Assembly (NCBI GenBank): GCA_965237525.1
Contig: CBDEFO010000007.1
Location: 224,001 to 288,000 of the forward strand
Direction: 5' to 3'
DNA from: Candidatus Latescibacterota bacterium
GTDB taxonomy: Bacteria > Latescibacterota > CBDEFO01
Length of the DNA stretch: 64,000 bases
A program made the position numbers and the translations under genes. The notes beneath the pieces were generated by a model, which had not been told where the DNA came from, made no database searches, and saw only the letters and a program-made list of their open reading frames with translations. This document shows positions 31,417 to 41,072 of the stretch, piece by piece (position 1 is the stretch's first letter; every line of letters begins with the position of its first letter).

Positions 31417-32008
31417 AGACGGCGTTATCAACAGTATTATCTACAACAGACATGAGGGAATTAAAGATTCTCCCCTAAACCCCGATCAGTTTGAAGTACT
31501 ACCGGGCGTGGGAGAAGCGGTAAGGCTTATAAATCAGATGGAATTTCTGGCCATACTGGCTTCAAACCAGCCGGGGGTCGCTAAAGGTAAGTTCACACAC
31601 GAAATTCTAGATGCGATGACGGCTAAGATGGAAGTCGCGCTTGCAAAATCTGATGCCAAGTTAGATGGCATTTACTACTGCCTGCATCATCCCAATGCTC
31701 TTTTGGACGAATACCGGGTAGTTTGCGAGTGCCGAAAGCCGAAGCCGGGATTGCTCATAAAAGGAGCAGTGGATTTCGGCGTAGATCTGGAAAGATCTTA
31801 TATGGTCGGGGATCGCATAGTGGACGTTCAGGCGGGACAAGACGCGGGTTGTAAGACGCTATGGATCGGTAAGTTAGATTCCCAAATGTCCAGATTGATG
31901 GAACAGGAGTGCCTAACTCCTGATTTTATAGTTTCCGATCTGCTCGAAGGTGTAAGATTGATTCAACGAAAGGAGTTGGAGGATGGAAATATTCCTGGAC
32001 ACAGCTGA
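31391..32008 (+). CDS. gmhB: Heptose-1,7-bisphosphate phosphatase (HAD IIIA)
   Basis: FLDRDGVIN, SNQPGVAKG, YCLHHP..CECRKPKPG, MVGD. Confidence 0.9.
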   Translation: MKRAVFLDRDGVINSIIYNRHEGIKDSPLNPDQFEVLPGVGEAVRLINQMEFLAILASNQPGVAKGKFTHEILDAMTAKMEVALAKSDAKLDGIYYCLHHPNALLDEYRVVCECRKPKPGLLIKGAVDFGVDLERSYMVGDRIVDVQAGQDAGCKTLWIGKLDSQMSRLMEQECLTPDFIVSDLLEGVRLIQRKELEDGNIPGHS

Positions 32009-32675
32009 TCTTGATCAGATAAAGGCCTGGCTGGGATACAGAGCCATAGATGGTGTGACAACTAACCCTTCGATTATGCTTAAGAAAGGCATCTTTGACC
32101 TTGAAGCCGGAGCAAAGGAGATAGCCCGGGTTATGGATCAACTCCCTGTCTCAGTGGAGGTCACGAGCAATGATCCTGAGGAGATGCTGGATCAGGCGAG
32201 GGAGATTTCCCAGTGGGCGCTAAATATCGTAGTGAAGATCCCGATCATAAACGAAAATGGGAGGCCCTGCCTGGACGTTATCGGGACACTGGAGGATGAG
32301 GGGATAAGAGTCAATGTCACGGCCTGTTTGTCCTACGGTCAGGCTATATTGGCGGCAAAGGTCGGAGCTACATATGTGAGTATCTTCGCAGGGCGGGTAT
32401 CCGACGAGGGTCACGACGCCTCCAAACTCATCAGGATGGTGAGGGACTGGATAGACGACTGGGGATATAAAGCAAAGATCATAGTCGGGAGCATACGGGA
32501 GGTCATCAACATTCAGGACGCCGCTGCTGCTGGAGCTCACGTGATAACTGTACCACCTGAGTTTATGCATAAGTTAGTAGATCATAAGTTGTCGAGGGCC
32601 ACGGTGCAGGCCTTTGTCGAGGATGGTCAGAAGGCTCTTGCTATGATGATTGAGCAGATGGTCTCGAAACAGTAG
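31983..32675 (+). CDS. Transaldolase / fructose-6-phosphate aldolase family protein
   Basis: IFLDTA, GVTTNPS, VVKIP, VNVT, YVSIFAGR, GSIR. Confidence 0.9.
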   Translation: MEIFLDTADLDQIKAWLGYRAIDGVTTNPSIMLKKGIFDLEAGAKEIARVMDQLPVSVEVTSNDPEEMLDQAREISQWALNIVVKIPIINENGRPCLDVIGTLEDEGIRVNVTACLSYGQAILAAKVGATYVSIFAGRVSDEGHDASKLIRMVRDWIDDWGYKAKIIVGSIREVINIQDAAAAGAHVITVPPEFMHKLVDHKLSRATVQAFVEDGQKALAMMIEQMVSKQ

Positions 32676-32731
32676 ACTGTATACAGTAGGCAGAAGACAG
32701 GGCACCCCACCTATCCCTGTATGCTGTCTAC
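32671..32731. repeat. AGTAGAC heptamer-armed dispersed repeat
   Basis: AGTAGACTGTATACAGTAGGCAGAAGACAGGGCAC...CCCTGTATGCTGTCTAC; inverted relative at 49330-49428. Confidence 0.55.
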
Positions 32732-32754
32732 CTATTTAGTGGAGTGTCGAAGCG

Positions 32755-33921
32755 TTGGAATTGGTGTTCCTTCTTTCCCTTGCGACTGTGGTCTACGTAT
32801 ATCTTGGTTATCCTTTCGCACTGATGGTTATAAGAGCCGTAAAGGGTAAGAAGCCCCCGATTGAATCTATCGGGGGTAAAAAGGATGATGTTACTCCTTC
32901 GGTATCTTTAGTTATCTCTGCTCATAATGAACAAGAGGTTATTGGGAAGAAGATTGAAAATAGCCTCCTTTTAGACTATCCACGGGATAAATTGGAAATT
33001 GTGGTGGCTTCCGACTGTTCCTCCGATAGAACGAATGAGATCGTCCGAAGCTATTCGGATCAAGGGGTAATTCTGAATATTATTCCTCAAAGAGGAGGCA
33101 AAACCGTAGCCCAAAACGAGACTGTTCCTCTAACCGAGGGCGAAATCGTTATCTTCTCAGACGCCGATTCGATCTTTGAGAGGGATGTCATCTTAAGGCT
33201 CGCAACAAATTTCAGCGATCCAGAGGTAGGTGCCGTCTCGGGTCGGCTCCTCTATACCAATTCAAACGAATCGGCCATGAGTTCAGGAGAGAGCCTCTAC
33301 TGGAAGTACGAAAATTTGCTGAGGCGGTTGGAAAGCGATATAGGATCGTGCATCATGGCAAATGCAGCGATCTTTGCTATACGGCGTGAGTTTTACAGGC
33401 ATCTCGACCCGGGGTTTTCAGAGGATTTTGTGCTCCCTCTTTGGATATCTGCCGATGGCGCAAAGTCCCTGTTCGATCCGGAGGCTGTGTGTTTTGAAAG
33501 GACGGCTGTTACCCCAAAGGATGAGTCGTCCATGAGGATCAGGACCGCTCATGGGGATTCCTACGGTCTTTTCAAGTTGAAGTGCATGTTGTCGCCATTT
33601 CGACCCCTTTTGGCTTTTCAATCTATTTCCCATAAACTCCTGCGCTGGGCTGTGGGATTCTTTCTGATCTTGGCTTTCATCTCCAACGCCTTCCTTCTTC
33701 ACTCTTTCCCTTTGCTTCTTTATAAAATTACCTTCCTTTTGCAGTCTTTATTCTACCTGGCGGCTCTTGCCGGACTGATTCTGAACAGAAAAGGCAAAAA
33801 AATGCGCCTGTTCTACCTGCCCTATTATTTCTGCGTGGTCAATACAGCTGCGGTGATAGGCTTGATGAAAAGCATTCTGGGAGTACCGTACGTGACTATA
33901 TGGGAACAGAGATTAAGGTAG
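32755..33921 (+). CDS. GT2 membrane glycosyltransferase (CESA-like)
   Basis: YVYLGYP, ISAHNE, SDCSSD, GGKTVAQN, FSDAD, YWKYE, EDF, SHKLLRW. Confidence 0.9.
   Translation: MELVFLLSLATVVYVYLGYPFALMVIRAVKGKKPPIESIGGKKDDVTPSVSLVISAHNEQEVIGKKIENSLLLDYPRDKLEIVVASDCSSDRTNEIVRSYSDQGVILNIIPQRGGKTVAQNETVPLTEGEIVIFSDADSIFERDVILRLATNFSDPEVGAVSGRLLYTNSNESAMSSGESLYWKYENLLRRLESDIGSCIMANAAIFAIRREFYRHLDPGFSEDFVLPLWISADGAKSLFDPEAVCFERTAVTPKDESSMRIRTAHGDSYGLFKLKCMLSPFRPLLAFQSISHKLLRWAVGFFLILAFISNAFLLHSFPLLLYKITFLLQSLFYLAALAGLILNRKGKKMRLFYLPYYFCVVNTAAVIGLMKSILGVPYVTIWEQRLR
32855..32875. repeat. 21-bp palindrome, in frame inside the GT2 gene
   Basis: CCCCGATTGAATCTATCGGGG, read as part of PPIESIGG. Confidence 0.8.
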
Positions 33922-33930
33922 GAGCTACAA

Positions 33931-34755
33931 ATGCGTCTCAAGGATAGGGTAGCTATCGTAACGGGAGGGGGCAGAGGAATCGGCAGCAGCATCTGTCTTG
34001 CCTTTGCGAGAGAAGGGGCATTCATCGTTGTGGCCGCCCGCACGAGCGCGAAGATCCAAGGGATATCGGCTGAAATTGAGATGCTGGGAGGACAAGCTCT
34101 TGCCCTGAAGACGGACGTATCTCAGAGGGAAGATGTGGGAAATATGGTGGATCGGACGATCCGAGAATTCGGAAAAGTGGATATATTAGTAAACAACGCA
34201 GGAGTCCAAGGACCCATCGGGGCTACGGTAGACACAGATATAGACTGTTGGATTGAAACTGTAAAGATCAATCTCATCGGATCGTATCTGTGTTCCAAGG
34301 CTGTTCTACCGTATATGATAAAGCAGAAAAGAGGAAAGATAATAAATCTTTCAGGAGGTGGATCCGTATCTCCAAGACCATTTTTTTCGGCATACGGCGT
34401 GTCCAAAGCTGCGCTCGTGCGATTTACTGAGACCTTGGCGGAAGAAGTTAAAGAGTTTAACATAGGTGTAAACGCCATAGCACCGGGCGCCATAAATACC
34501 AGTATGCTCGAGGAGGTACTGGAAGCAGGAGAGTCTGCTGGAGAGAAAGCTCTTGCTCAGGCACGAAGGCAGAAGGAGAGTGGGGGTGTTGCGGTGGAAA
34601 GACCGGCGGCCTTAGCCCTATTTTTGGCTTCAGATGAGTCGAACGGCCTGACCGGCAGGTTAATAAGCAGTGTCTATGACGATTGGGAGTCTATGAATAT
34701 CGCCCAGGTTATGTCGTCCGAACTGTATACAGTGCGCAGGATCGATCGGATATGA
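33931..34755 (+). CDS. SDR-family oxidoreductase
   Basis: VTGGGRGIG, NNAG, NLSGGG, YGVSK. Confidence 0.9.
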   Translation: MRLKDRVAIVTGGGRGIGSSICLAFAREGAFIVVAARTSAKIQGISAEIEMLGGQALALKTDVSQREDVGNMVDRTIREFGKVDILVNNAGVQGPIGATVDTDIDCWIETVKINLIGSYLCSKAVLPYMIKQKRGKIINLSGGGSVSPRPFFSAYGVSKAALVRFTETLAEEVKEFNIGVNAIAPGAINTSMLEEVLEAGESAGEKALAQARRQKESGGVAVERPAALALFLASDESNGLTGRLISSVYDDWESMNIAQVMSSELYTVRRIDRI

Positions 34756-35756
34756 AAATAGGTTTAGTAGGCGCGGGCGCTATAGGGCGAAGAAGAGCGG
34801 AGGTGGTCGGGGAGGATGAATCCACACAGATGGAAATCGTGGCTGATGTAGACGAGGAGAGGGCAAGGGAACTGGCCCAAAGGGTACGATGCAAATGGAC
34901 GACCGATCCTGTGGAAGTCGTAAACTGCGATGACGTGGATGCGGTGATTGTATCTGCCACGCCCAAATTTCTTTCTTTAATAAGTATAGCGGCTATGGAA
35001 AATGGTAAGCATGTCCTCTGTGAAAAGCCTCTGGGGAGGAACTCGAAGGAAGTCAAAGAGATGTGGGACGCAGCCTGTACAAACGGTGTGAGGCTCAAAT
35101 CGGGCTTCAATCACCGCTATCATCCGGGAATCCTTAAGGCCAGAGAATTGTTCGAGATGGGCGTTATCGGGGAGTTGAATTTTGTCCGCTGTCGCTACGG
35201 GCACGGAGGCAGACCAGGCTACGAGAGGGAATGGAGGGCAGACCCACAGATATCCGGAGGAGGCGAGTTGATAGATCAGGGGGTGCACGCTTTAGATCTC
35301 TTCCGCTGGTTTATGGGAGAGTTTAGCCAGGTTACAGGATTTATAAGCACCAGATTCTGGGACATCAGTCCCCTGGAGGACAACGCCTTCGCTCTCCTCA
35401 AGACGGATAGAGACCAGATAGCTTCGCTCCATGCAAGTTGGACGCAGTGGAAGAATATCTTCTCGTTTGAGATCTTCGGCGAGGATGGATATGTGATAGT
35501 AGACGGTTTAGGTGGCAACTACGGTAGGGAGAAAGCGACGCTCGGTATAAGGTCAAAGTCCTCCGATCCTCCAGAAGAGGAGGTCTTCGAGCTTGAAGGG
35601 CCCGACAGATCGTTTAGCTTGGAGTGGGAGGAGTTTGTGACGGCCATAAGGGATGATCGACGGATGTTAGCTGACGGATACGACGGTTGGCAGGCTATGA
35701 GAATGGTGGACGCTGTATATGAGTCTGCAAAGAATGGGTGTGTGGTGGAATTGTAG
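34752..35756 (+). CDS. Gfo/Idh/MocA oxidoreductase
   Basis: GLVGAGAIG, HVLCEKP, GFNHRY, GGGELIDQGVH. Start at the ATGA overlap with the SDR. Confidence 0.9.
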   Translation: MKIGLVGAGAIGRRRAEVVGEDESTQMEIVADVDEERARELAQRVRCKWTTDPVEVVNCDDVDAVIVSATPKFLSLISIAAMENGKHVLCEKPLGRNSKEVKEMWDAACTNGVRLKSGFNHRYHPGILKARELFEMGVIGELNFVRCRYGHGGRPGYEREWRADPQISGGGELIDQGVHALDLFRWFMGEFSQVTGFISTRFWDISPLEDNAFALLKTDRDQIASLHASWTQWKNIFSFEIFGEDGYVIVDGLGGNYGREKATLGIRSKSSDPPEEEVFELEGPDRSFSLEWEEFVTAIRDDRRMLADGYDGWQAMRMVDAVYESAKNGCVVEL

Positions 35757-35932
35757 GCAATATGTGTTGGTTGGCTCTTGCCTTGAGTTGTTGGGAGGCG
35801 GCGTGTCCGCTTTGCTGGGGAGCCAGCAAAGCACGAAGTGGGCAAAGCAATATCAACTTTTGTCGTTGATTTTGCTTGGAGGTTTGCCCCCGATTAGATC
35901 GGGGGTCACAATGTCCCTGAAACACGAAAGGT

Positions 35933-36943
35933 ATGTCAAACATGGAGTGGGTAGTATGCAATCTCTGCGGGAGCGACGAAAATAGGGTCGTATTTCAGGA
36001 GTTTGGATTGAATAACGTAAAGTGTCGCAAGTGTGGATTGGTCTATGTGAATCCCAGGCTCAGCCAGGAAGAACTCGACAACTTCTACCAGGGGGAGTTC
36101 TACAGCAAAGGCAAAGCAAGCCCGGAGCAAATGGCCGAAGTGTTCCCGGATTCGGAAAGGTTCGGCGTAGATAGAGAGGAATTAGCCTCTCAACTGGTGA
36201 GAATGTATACGACTTGCAAGCACGACCAAGAGAAGCGCACAGACGTTGATCTCCTTAAGATGCACGAGTTTGCGAAAATGCGAATGCTGTTAAAAGAAAT
36301 AAGTAGATACCAGCCGCGGGGCAGGTTCTTGGACATAGGATGCGGCTATGGATACCTCTTGAAGTTCGCTAAAGAAGAATATGGATATGAAACTTACGGG
36401 ATCGAGCCCAACGAACAGTTGGCAGAGACGTGCAGGGAGTCCAGAGGTCTGCCGAACATCTTTCACGGAACCTTACATGAGGCCGATTATGAGAGCGGAT
36501 ACTTTGACGTGGTGACCGTGACAGACGTACTTGAACATCTTCCTGATCCCAGTGCAGCGTTGAACGAAATTAACAGATTATTGGCGTCGGGAGGGATGCT
36601 CTTGATCAAAGTTCCCAACGCCGATTACCAGCTCCTGAAGGCCAATCTGATAACTAAGCTGGGACTGAAAAAGATGATGGAATCGATGATAGCGTTCTCA
36701 TGTCTTTTGATGCCGCAAGAACATATCTACAATTACTCCCAGAGGACCTTGCGGAAATATCTGAGAAAGGCCGGATTTGAGCAGTTAAAGCTGATTGTCC
36801 TTCCGAGCCGACTTACGGGTTTAAGTTGGATACGGGATTCTTTCCACAGACTCTACCATACGTTTGCTAGGCTTCTTTACCGTCTCAGCTTCGGCAGGCT
36901 CAATCTCTGCGTCTGGCTGGTTGTGCTGGCCCAGAAGAAGTAG
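35933..36943 (+). CDS. Class I SAM methyltransferase with N-terminal CxxC..CxxC zinc ribbon
   Basis: CNLCG..CRKCGLVYVNPR, FLDIGCGYG, DVLEHLPDP. Confidence 0.85.
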   Translation: MSNMEWVVCNLCGSDENRVVFQEFGLNNVKCRKCGLVYVNPRLSQEELDNFYQGEFYSKGKASPEQMAEVFPDSERFGVDREELASQLVRMYTTCKHDQEKRTDVDLLKMHEFAKMRMLLKEISRYQPRGRFLDIGCGYGYLLKFAKEEYGYETYGIEPNEQLAETCRESRGLPNIFHGTLHEADYESGYFDVVTVTDVLEHLPDPSAALNEINRLLASGGMLLIKVPNADYQLLKANLITKLGLKKMMESMIAFSCLLMPQEHIYNYSQRTLRKYLRKAGFEQLKLIVLPSRLTGLSWIRDSFHRLYHTFARLLYRLSFGRLNLCVWLVVLAQKK

Positions 36944-37011
36944 AGCCCCTCTGAAATATCTCGCTTCACCAACACAATCTGTCCTGTCTGAAAACTCACC
37001 GTCTCCTCACT

Positions 37012-39438
37012 ATGATAAAATACGTCCTATATTGTATCGTTGGCGTCTTGGCTCTGTGTCTTGGGATGTCCGAAGGAGGTGCCGAAGACCTTTTGCCAAT
37101 TGGGTCAGGAGGTTCTCTAGTCCGTAACGGGGACTGCGAGTTGGACAGTGACGGCGACGGCTTCCCGGACGGCTGGCATCATTCGGATCGAAAGTACAGC
37201 CCGAAAACCACTGAGGGCTGGGACTACCTAAACATGATCAATAATTCGGCAGATTACAGGTGGGAGGAGGGAGGATATAGAAGCAAAGAGTGTCTGTCAC
37301 TGGAGGTGGAATCAAAGATCTATTGGGGAGAGTGGGACGTAGAGGTTTCCGATGTTCAGCCTCATACCGACTATACACTTTCGTTCTGGTACTATCAGCC
37401 CGAACGCTTCGGTCTTCAGGTTTTGATCTTTGGACGGGACATCTACGTCAAGAGGGCGAGGGATTTTCGCCAGTGGATGTACTATAGCACTGTCGTAAAT
37501 TCTGGGGATTATTCCGGCGATTCGGTGATCGGATTTTTAGTTGAATATCCCAAGCAAAAGACAAAGGTGTTCATAGATAATGTGGAACTTTACAAAGGGC
37601 CGATAGAGCGTCCTGATGACAGGTGGAACTTTGGGAGCTTCATAGGTCGAAATGAAGCGAGGCTCACCTATTTCACATATGACAGAGGTTATATCTCCCC
37701 CGATATAGTGGCCCCCCTTTCCTTCGGATTGAGCTTACACTTTGTGGATCGAATGCCTCCCTCATTAACGGTAAATTTGCATCTGCCGTTGGAAGTGGAA
37801 GTTGTCGGATACGGAGCAAAATATTGGTCGAGCATCAAGGATTGGACCCGTCTGGAAAGGACTCCCATAGATCGGGACGGAAAGCCTTATACAAGATATT
37901 CCATAATTTATCCTGTGAACCGAAACGTCTTTACTCATCCGACGCATCCGGGTTTAAAGCCGATTGTATGGTATCTTGAGACGAACCTTGAGGAGGGAGA
38001 AATTGAAGCCTACTTTTCGCTCGAGTGGGATGGGGGCAGGCAAAAGGAGCAGCGACTGCCTTTGAGGATAATCAGGATCCCGAAAGCACCTCCTTTAAAG
38101 AGGCTCAGGATCATGGAGGATATATCGCCGGAGAATCTGTCGGATTGGCCCCGTCTGTTGACAGCTTTGCAGCGGATCGGCGTGAATCTGGTGATGTATA
38201 ATCCGCGCTGGACTCAAAGTTCTCCCTCTGATGATCGTATAAAAGCTGATGTAGAGAGGATTAAAGGAGCCGGATTTGGGATCGGCACTTGGTTGGATCT
38301 CGGGAGTGCGTACAGTTCGGACAGGGATTCGTGGGCTGTCAGTTTGGAGGGAGAGCCGATTACTCCCGATAGGACGCCTGTGTGTTTCACGGATAGAGGT
38401 CTGGCTTTCAAGGAGGCGTTGAGAATAGGCGAAAGGATAGTTGATTCGGGAATAAGGTTTATCTTTATGGACGATGAGGGAAAACCGTCGTGCTTCTGCG
38501 ATGCGTGTGTGGCAAGCTTCAAAGAGTACATGACCGAAATGGACATTGAATACGTAGAGCCCGTGAGTTTTGAAAGAAAGCCCAAGGATCATCCGGATCT
38601 GCACAGATTGTGGATGGATTTCGGCAGGTGGTCCTGTGCCCGGGCTGTGAGAGATTTCCGTCTGGAGCTTTCGAATTATATGGACGCCAGAGGTATCCTG
38701 GACAAACACTTGGAGATTCTGGACGGCGGGATGGCTATCCTTCCGTACGGTAGCATCAAGGACGGGAATTTGTCGCATCCATCCAGCGATTCCAAGGTTG
38801 TAAACAGCTTTGGAGAGGCGTTTGATTTCTATGGCGAGCAGTTGTATATAAATTGCTACGACACGTGGCTTAACGGATCTCCGAAGATGGCTGGAGACAG
38901 GCAGTCCCTCCTGACTTCGGTTTTTGGAGCCATCGGCCAGTTCTTCCCCCTTGCAAGCGCGGGCCTTACGTATATGGACCCGATGAACGACTTTCAGCCG
39001 CATAAAGTGATGAAGTATCAGCTTATGGAGATCCTGTCCGCCGGTGTGCGGGGGCTCTATGTCTATCCGTTTATGGACATAGACCCTATGGACATGATGT
39101 ATATAGCTCAGGTTGTGAATATGATCTCACCTGTAGAAGATATCGTATTCAACGGACTTCCGGAAAATATAGCGGATGTTTCTGACAGGAGTGTAAGTGC
39201 GCGCGCGCTTTTGTGGGGCGATGAGGCGTTAGTTTTGGTTTCCGATTACAGCACTATGGATGACACAGAAAAAGAAGTCACAGTCGTATGCCGCATGCAC
39301 AGCAGGTCTAATATAATAGATCTGGAAAGTGGGGATAAGATTTTGCCATTTTCTACCAGTCCTCTGACCTTCAAGGTCTTGCTGGGCAAAGAACGAGCCA
39401 GGATGTTCTATGTGGGACCAAGAGAGTTGCTGAGATAG
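37012..39438 (+). CDS. Secreted protein with CBM4/9-like N-terminus and putative glycoside-hydrolase-like barrel
   Basis: Signal peptide; LVRNGDCE..DGFPDGW, VQPHTDYTLSFW; central FMDDEG..CFCDAC. Confidence 0.55.
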   Translation: MIKYVLYCIVGVLALCLGMSEGGAEDLLPIGSGGSLVRNGDCELDSDGDGFPDGWHHSDRKYSPKTTEGWDYLNMINNSADYRWEEGGYRSKECLSLEVESKIYWGEWDVEVSDVQPHTDYTLSFWYYQPERFGLQVLIFGRDIYVKRARDFRQWMYYSTVVNSGDYSGDSVIGFLVEYPKQKTKVFIDNVELYKGPIERPDDRWNFGSFIGRNEARLTYFTYDRGYISPDIVAPLSFGLSLHFVDRMPPSLTVNLHLPLEVEVVGYGAKYWSSIKDWTRLERTPIDRDGKPYTRYSIIYPVNRNVFTHPTHPGLKPIVWYLETNLEEGEIEAYFSLEWDGGRQKEQRLPLRIIRIPKAPPLKRLRIMEDISPENLSDWPRLLTALQRIGVNLVMYNPRWTQSSPSDDRIKADVERIKGAGFGIGTWLDLGSAYSSDRDSWAVSLEGEPITPDRTPVCFTDRGLAFKEALRIGERIVDSGIRFIFMDDEGKPSCFCDACVASFKEYMTEMDIEYVEPVSFERKPKDHPDLHRLWMDFGRWSCARAVRDFRLELSNYMDARGILDKHLEILDGGMAILPYGSIKDGNLSHPSSDSKVVNSFGEAFDFYGEQLYINCYDTWLNGSPKMAGDRQSLLTSVFGAIGQFFPLASAGLTYMDPMNDFQPHKVMKYQLMEILSAGVRGLYVYPFMDIDPMDMMYIAQVVNMISPVEDIVFNGLPENIADVSDRSVSARALLWGDEALVLVSDYSTMDDTEKEVTVVCRMHSRSNIIDLESGDKILPFSTSPLTFKVLLGKERARMFYVGPRELLR

Positions 39439-39704
39439 CAAACACTCTGATTTGGAAAGGTAAAGTTCAAGTTCTCTAGAAGAGATAACAATTTGCCCGA
39501 ACGTACGTATTCGTAGTGATGACCACTTAGTCGCTTGTGTCTCCACTCCCTGATAATACACGCGGTGCCATGGTACCCTGCCCTCTACATTTAATTCAAG
39601 TTGCCTATTTCAAGGCCCCGTAGGTCGAACCCATGTGGGGGCAGTGGGGAGGGAGGTGTGGCAGCAAGCCACGACGTGCCTGAAGAACTCTTTGGGGAAA
39701 ACAG

Positions 39705-41000
39705 ATGTGGATACTATACGATCTTATCTTTCTTCTTGTTTTGATCTTAGCCTTGCCGTATATCCTGCTGATGGCGCTTTTAGGTCGAGAGAGGATGGCA
39801 GAAAGGCTGGGGTTAAAGTTGCCAACGGATATAGATGGGTTGTCCGATAAGAAGCTTATATGGGTACACGCGGCGTCTGTGGGCGAAATATCGGCTGCAA
39901 CTGCACTTGTAAGTGAGATAAAGAAGGTTCGTCCCGAATTGTACGTTGTAGTCTCTACGACTACGACGACGGGTCTTTATAGGGCAAAAGAGATAGTGTA
40001 TGGGGGAGACCTTTTCATGGTCGCCCCTTTTGACTTTTCCCCCATAGTCAACCGCGTCGTATACAGGTTAAGGCCAATGGCTCTGGTCATTATAGAGACT
40101 GAGATATGGCCCAATTTGATAAGGGCAGCTAAAAGGAGAGGATCTCAGGTCGCTATAGTTAGCGGCAGGTTGTCCCGGAAGGGATTCTTGCGGTACAGGA
40201 TAGCCGGAGGATGGTTTTCAAAGATACTGGCTTTGATAGACCTAGTCTGCGTTCAGTCGGAAGGGGACAAGGAGAGATTCGCCGCTCTGGGCGCGGATCA
40301 AAAGAGGATCAAGCTTACGGGCAATCTGAAGATAGATAGCCTGAAAGTAACATCAGATGCGAGAGGAAAAAAGTGCATCAGGGAAGCTTTCGGGTTTTCG
40401 GAAGATGGGAAAGTGTTGATAGCTGGCAGCACGAGACGGGGCGAGGAAGATATTATAGTGCGGGTCTTTGAGAAACTTTGCCGCCGATTCGACGATCTGT
40501 CCTTGATAATTGCTCCTCGCCATCTGGATAGGTTGAAAGAGGTTGAAGAAATAGTTCAAACATACAACCTTCCTTACCTAAGGTGGGCCGACGTGGTGCG
40601 GTCACTTTGTGTTGAAGGAAGTAACTCTCATGCGAAATATAGCGTTATAATTCTAGATACAGTGGGAGAGCTTGCGTCCGTGTACCGGTTGGCGGATGTG
40701 GCATTTGTAGGAGGAAGTCTGATGCCACTTGGGGGGCATAACCCGTTAGAGCCAGCGGCTGTGGGCATTCCTACCATATTCGGGAAGTACATGGAGCAGG
40801 AGGGAGCATCTATGCTTCTTGAGAGCGGAGCAGCGCTGAAGGTAGAGGATGAAGATGAACTCCTGATAGCCTTGGAGCGTCTCTTCGAGGATGAGGAAGA
40901 GCGGGAAAGGAGAGGAAGAGCCGGGATAGATGCCATTTCAAAAGCGCAGGGCGTCGCCCAAAGGACACTGGAACTTTTAGTGGCAAGAGGGATAATATAA
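39705..41000 (+). CDS. waaA: Kdo transferase
   Basis: IWVHAASVGE, STTTTTG, IETEIWPN, GNLKID, AGSTRRGEE, APRHLDR, FVGGSL..GGHNPLEPA. Confidence 0.95.
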   Translation: MWILYDLIFLLVLILALPYILLMALLGRERMAERLGLKLPTDIDGLSDKKLIWVHAASVGEISAATALVSEIKKVRPELYVVVSTTTTTGLYRAKEIVYGGDLFMVAPFDFSPIVNRVVYRLRPMALVIIETEIWPNLIRAAKRRGSQVAIVSGRLSRKGFLRYRIAGGWFSKILALIDLVCVQSEGDKERFAALGADQKRIKLTGNLKIDSLKVTSDARGKKCIREAFGFSEDGKVLIAGSTRRGEEDIIVRVFEKLCRRFDDLSLIIAPRHLDRLKEVEEIVQTYNLPYLRWADVVRSLCVEGSNSHAKYSVIILDTVGELASVYRLADVAFVGGSLMPLGGHNPLEPAAVGIPTIFGKYMEQEGASMLLESGAALKVEDEDELLIALERLFEDEEERERRGRAGIDAISKAQGVAQRTLELLVARGII

Positions 41001-41072
41001 CGTAGACACCTTACGTGTTGCGGGCTTTATCAGCAGCAACAACTGCGTTATACTAATCCCATATTGGGAGCT

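Noticed and set aside
38095..39003. 302-aa minus-strand ORF (also 25165-25911 and 53678-54340)
   Set aside because: Antisense shadows of better-supported genes.
39440..39700. Possible structured RNA or REP remnants upstream of waaA
   Set aside because: Some GC-rich stems, but no family I can recognise or support.
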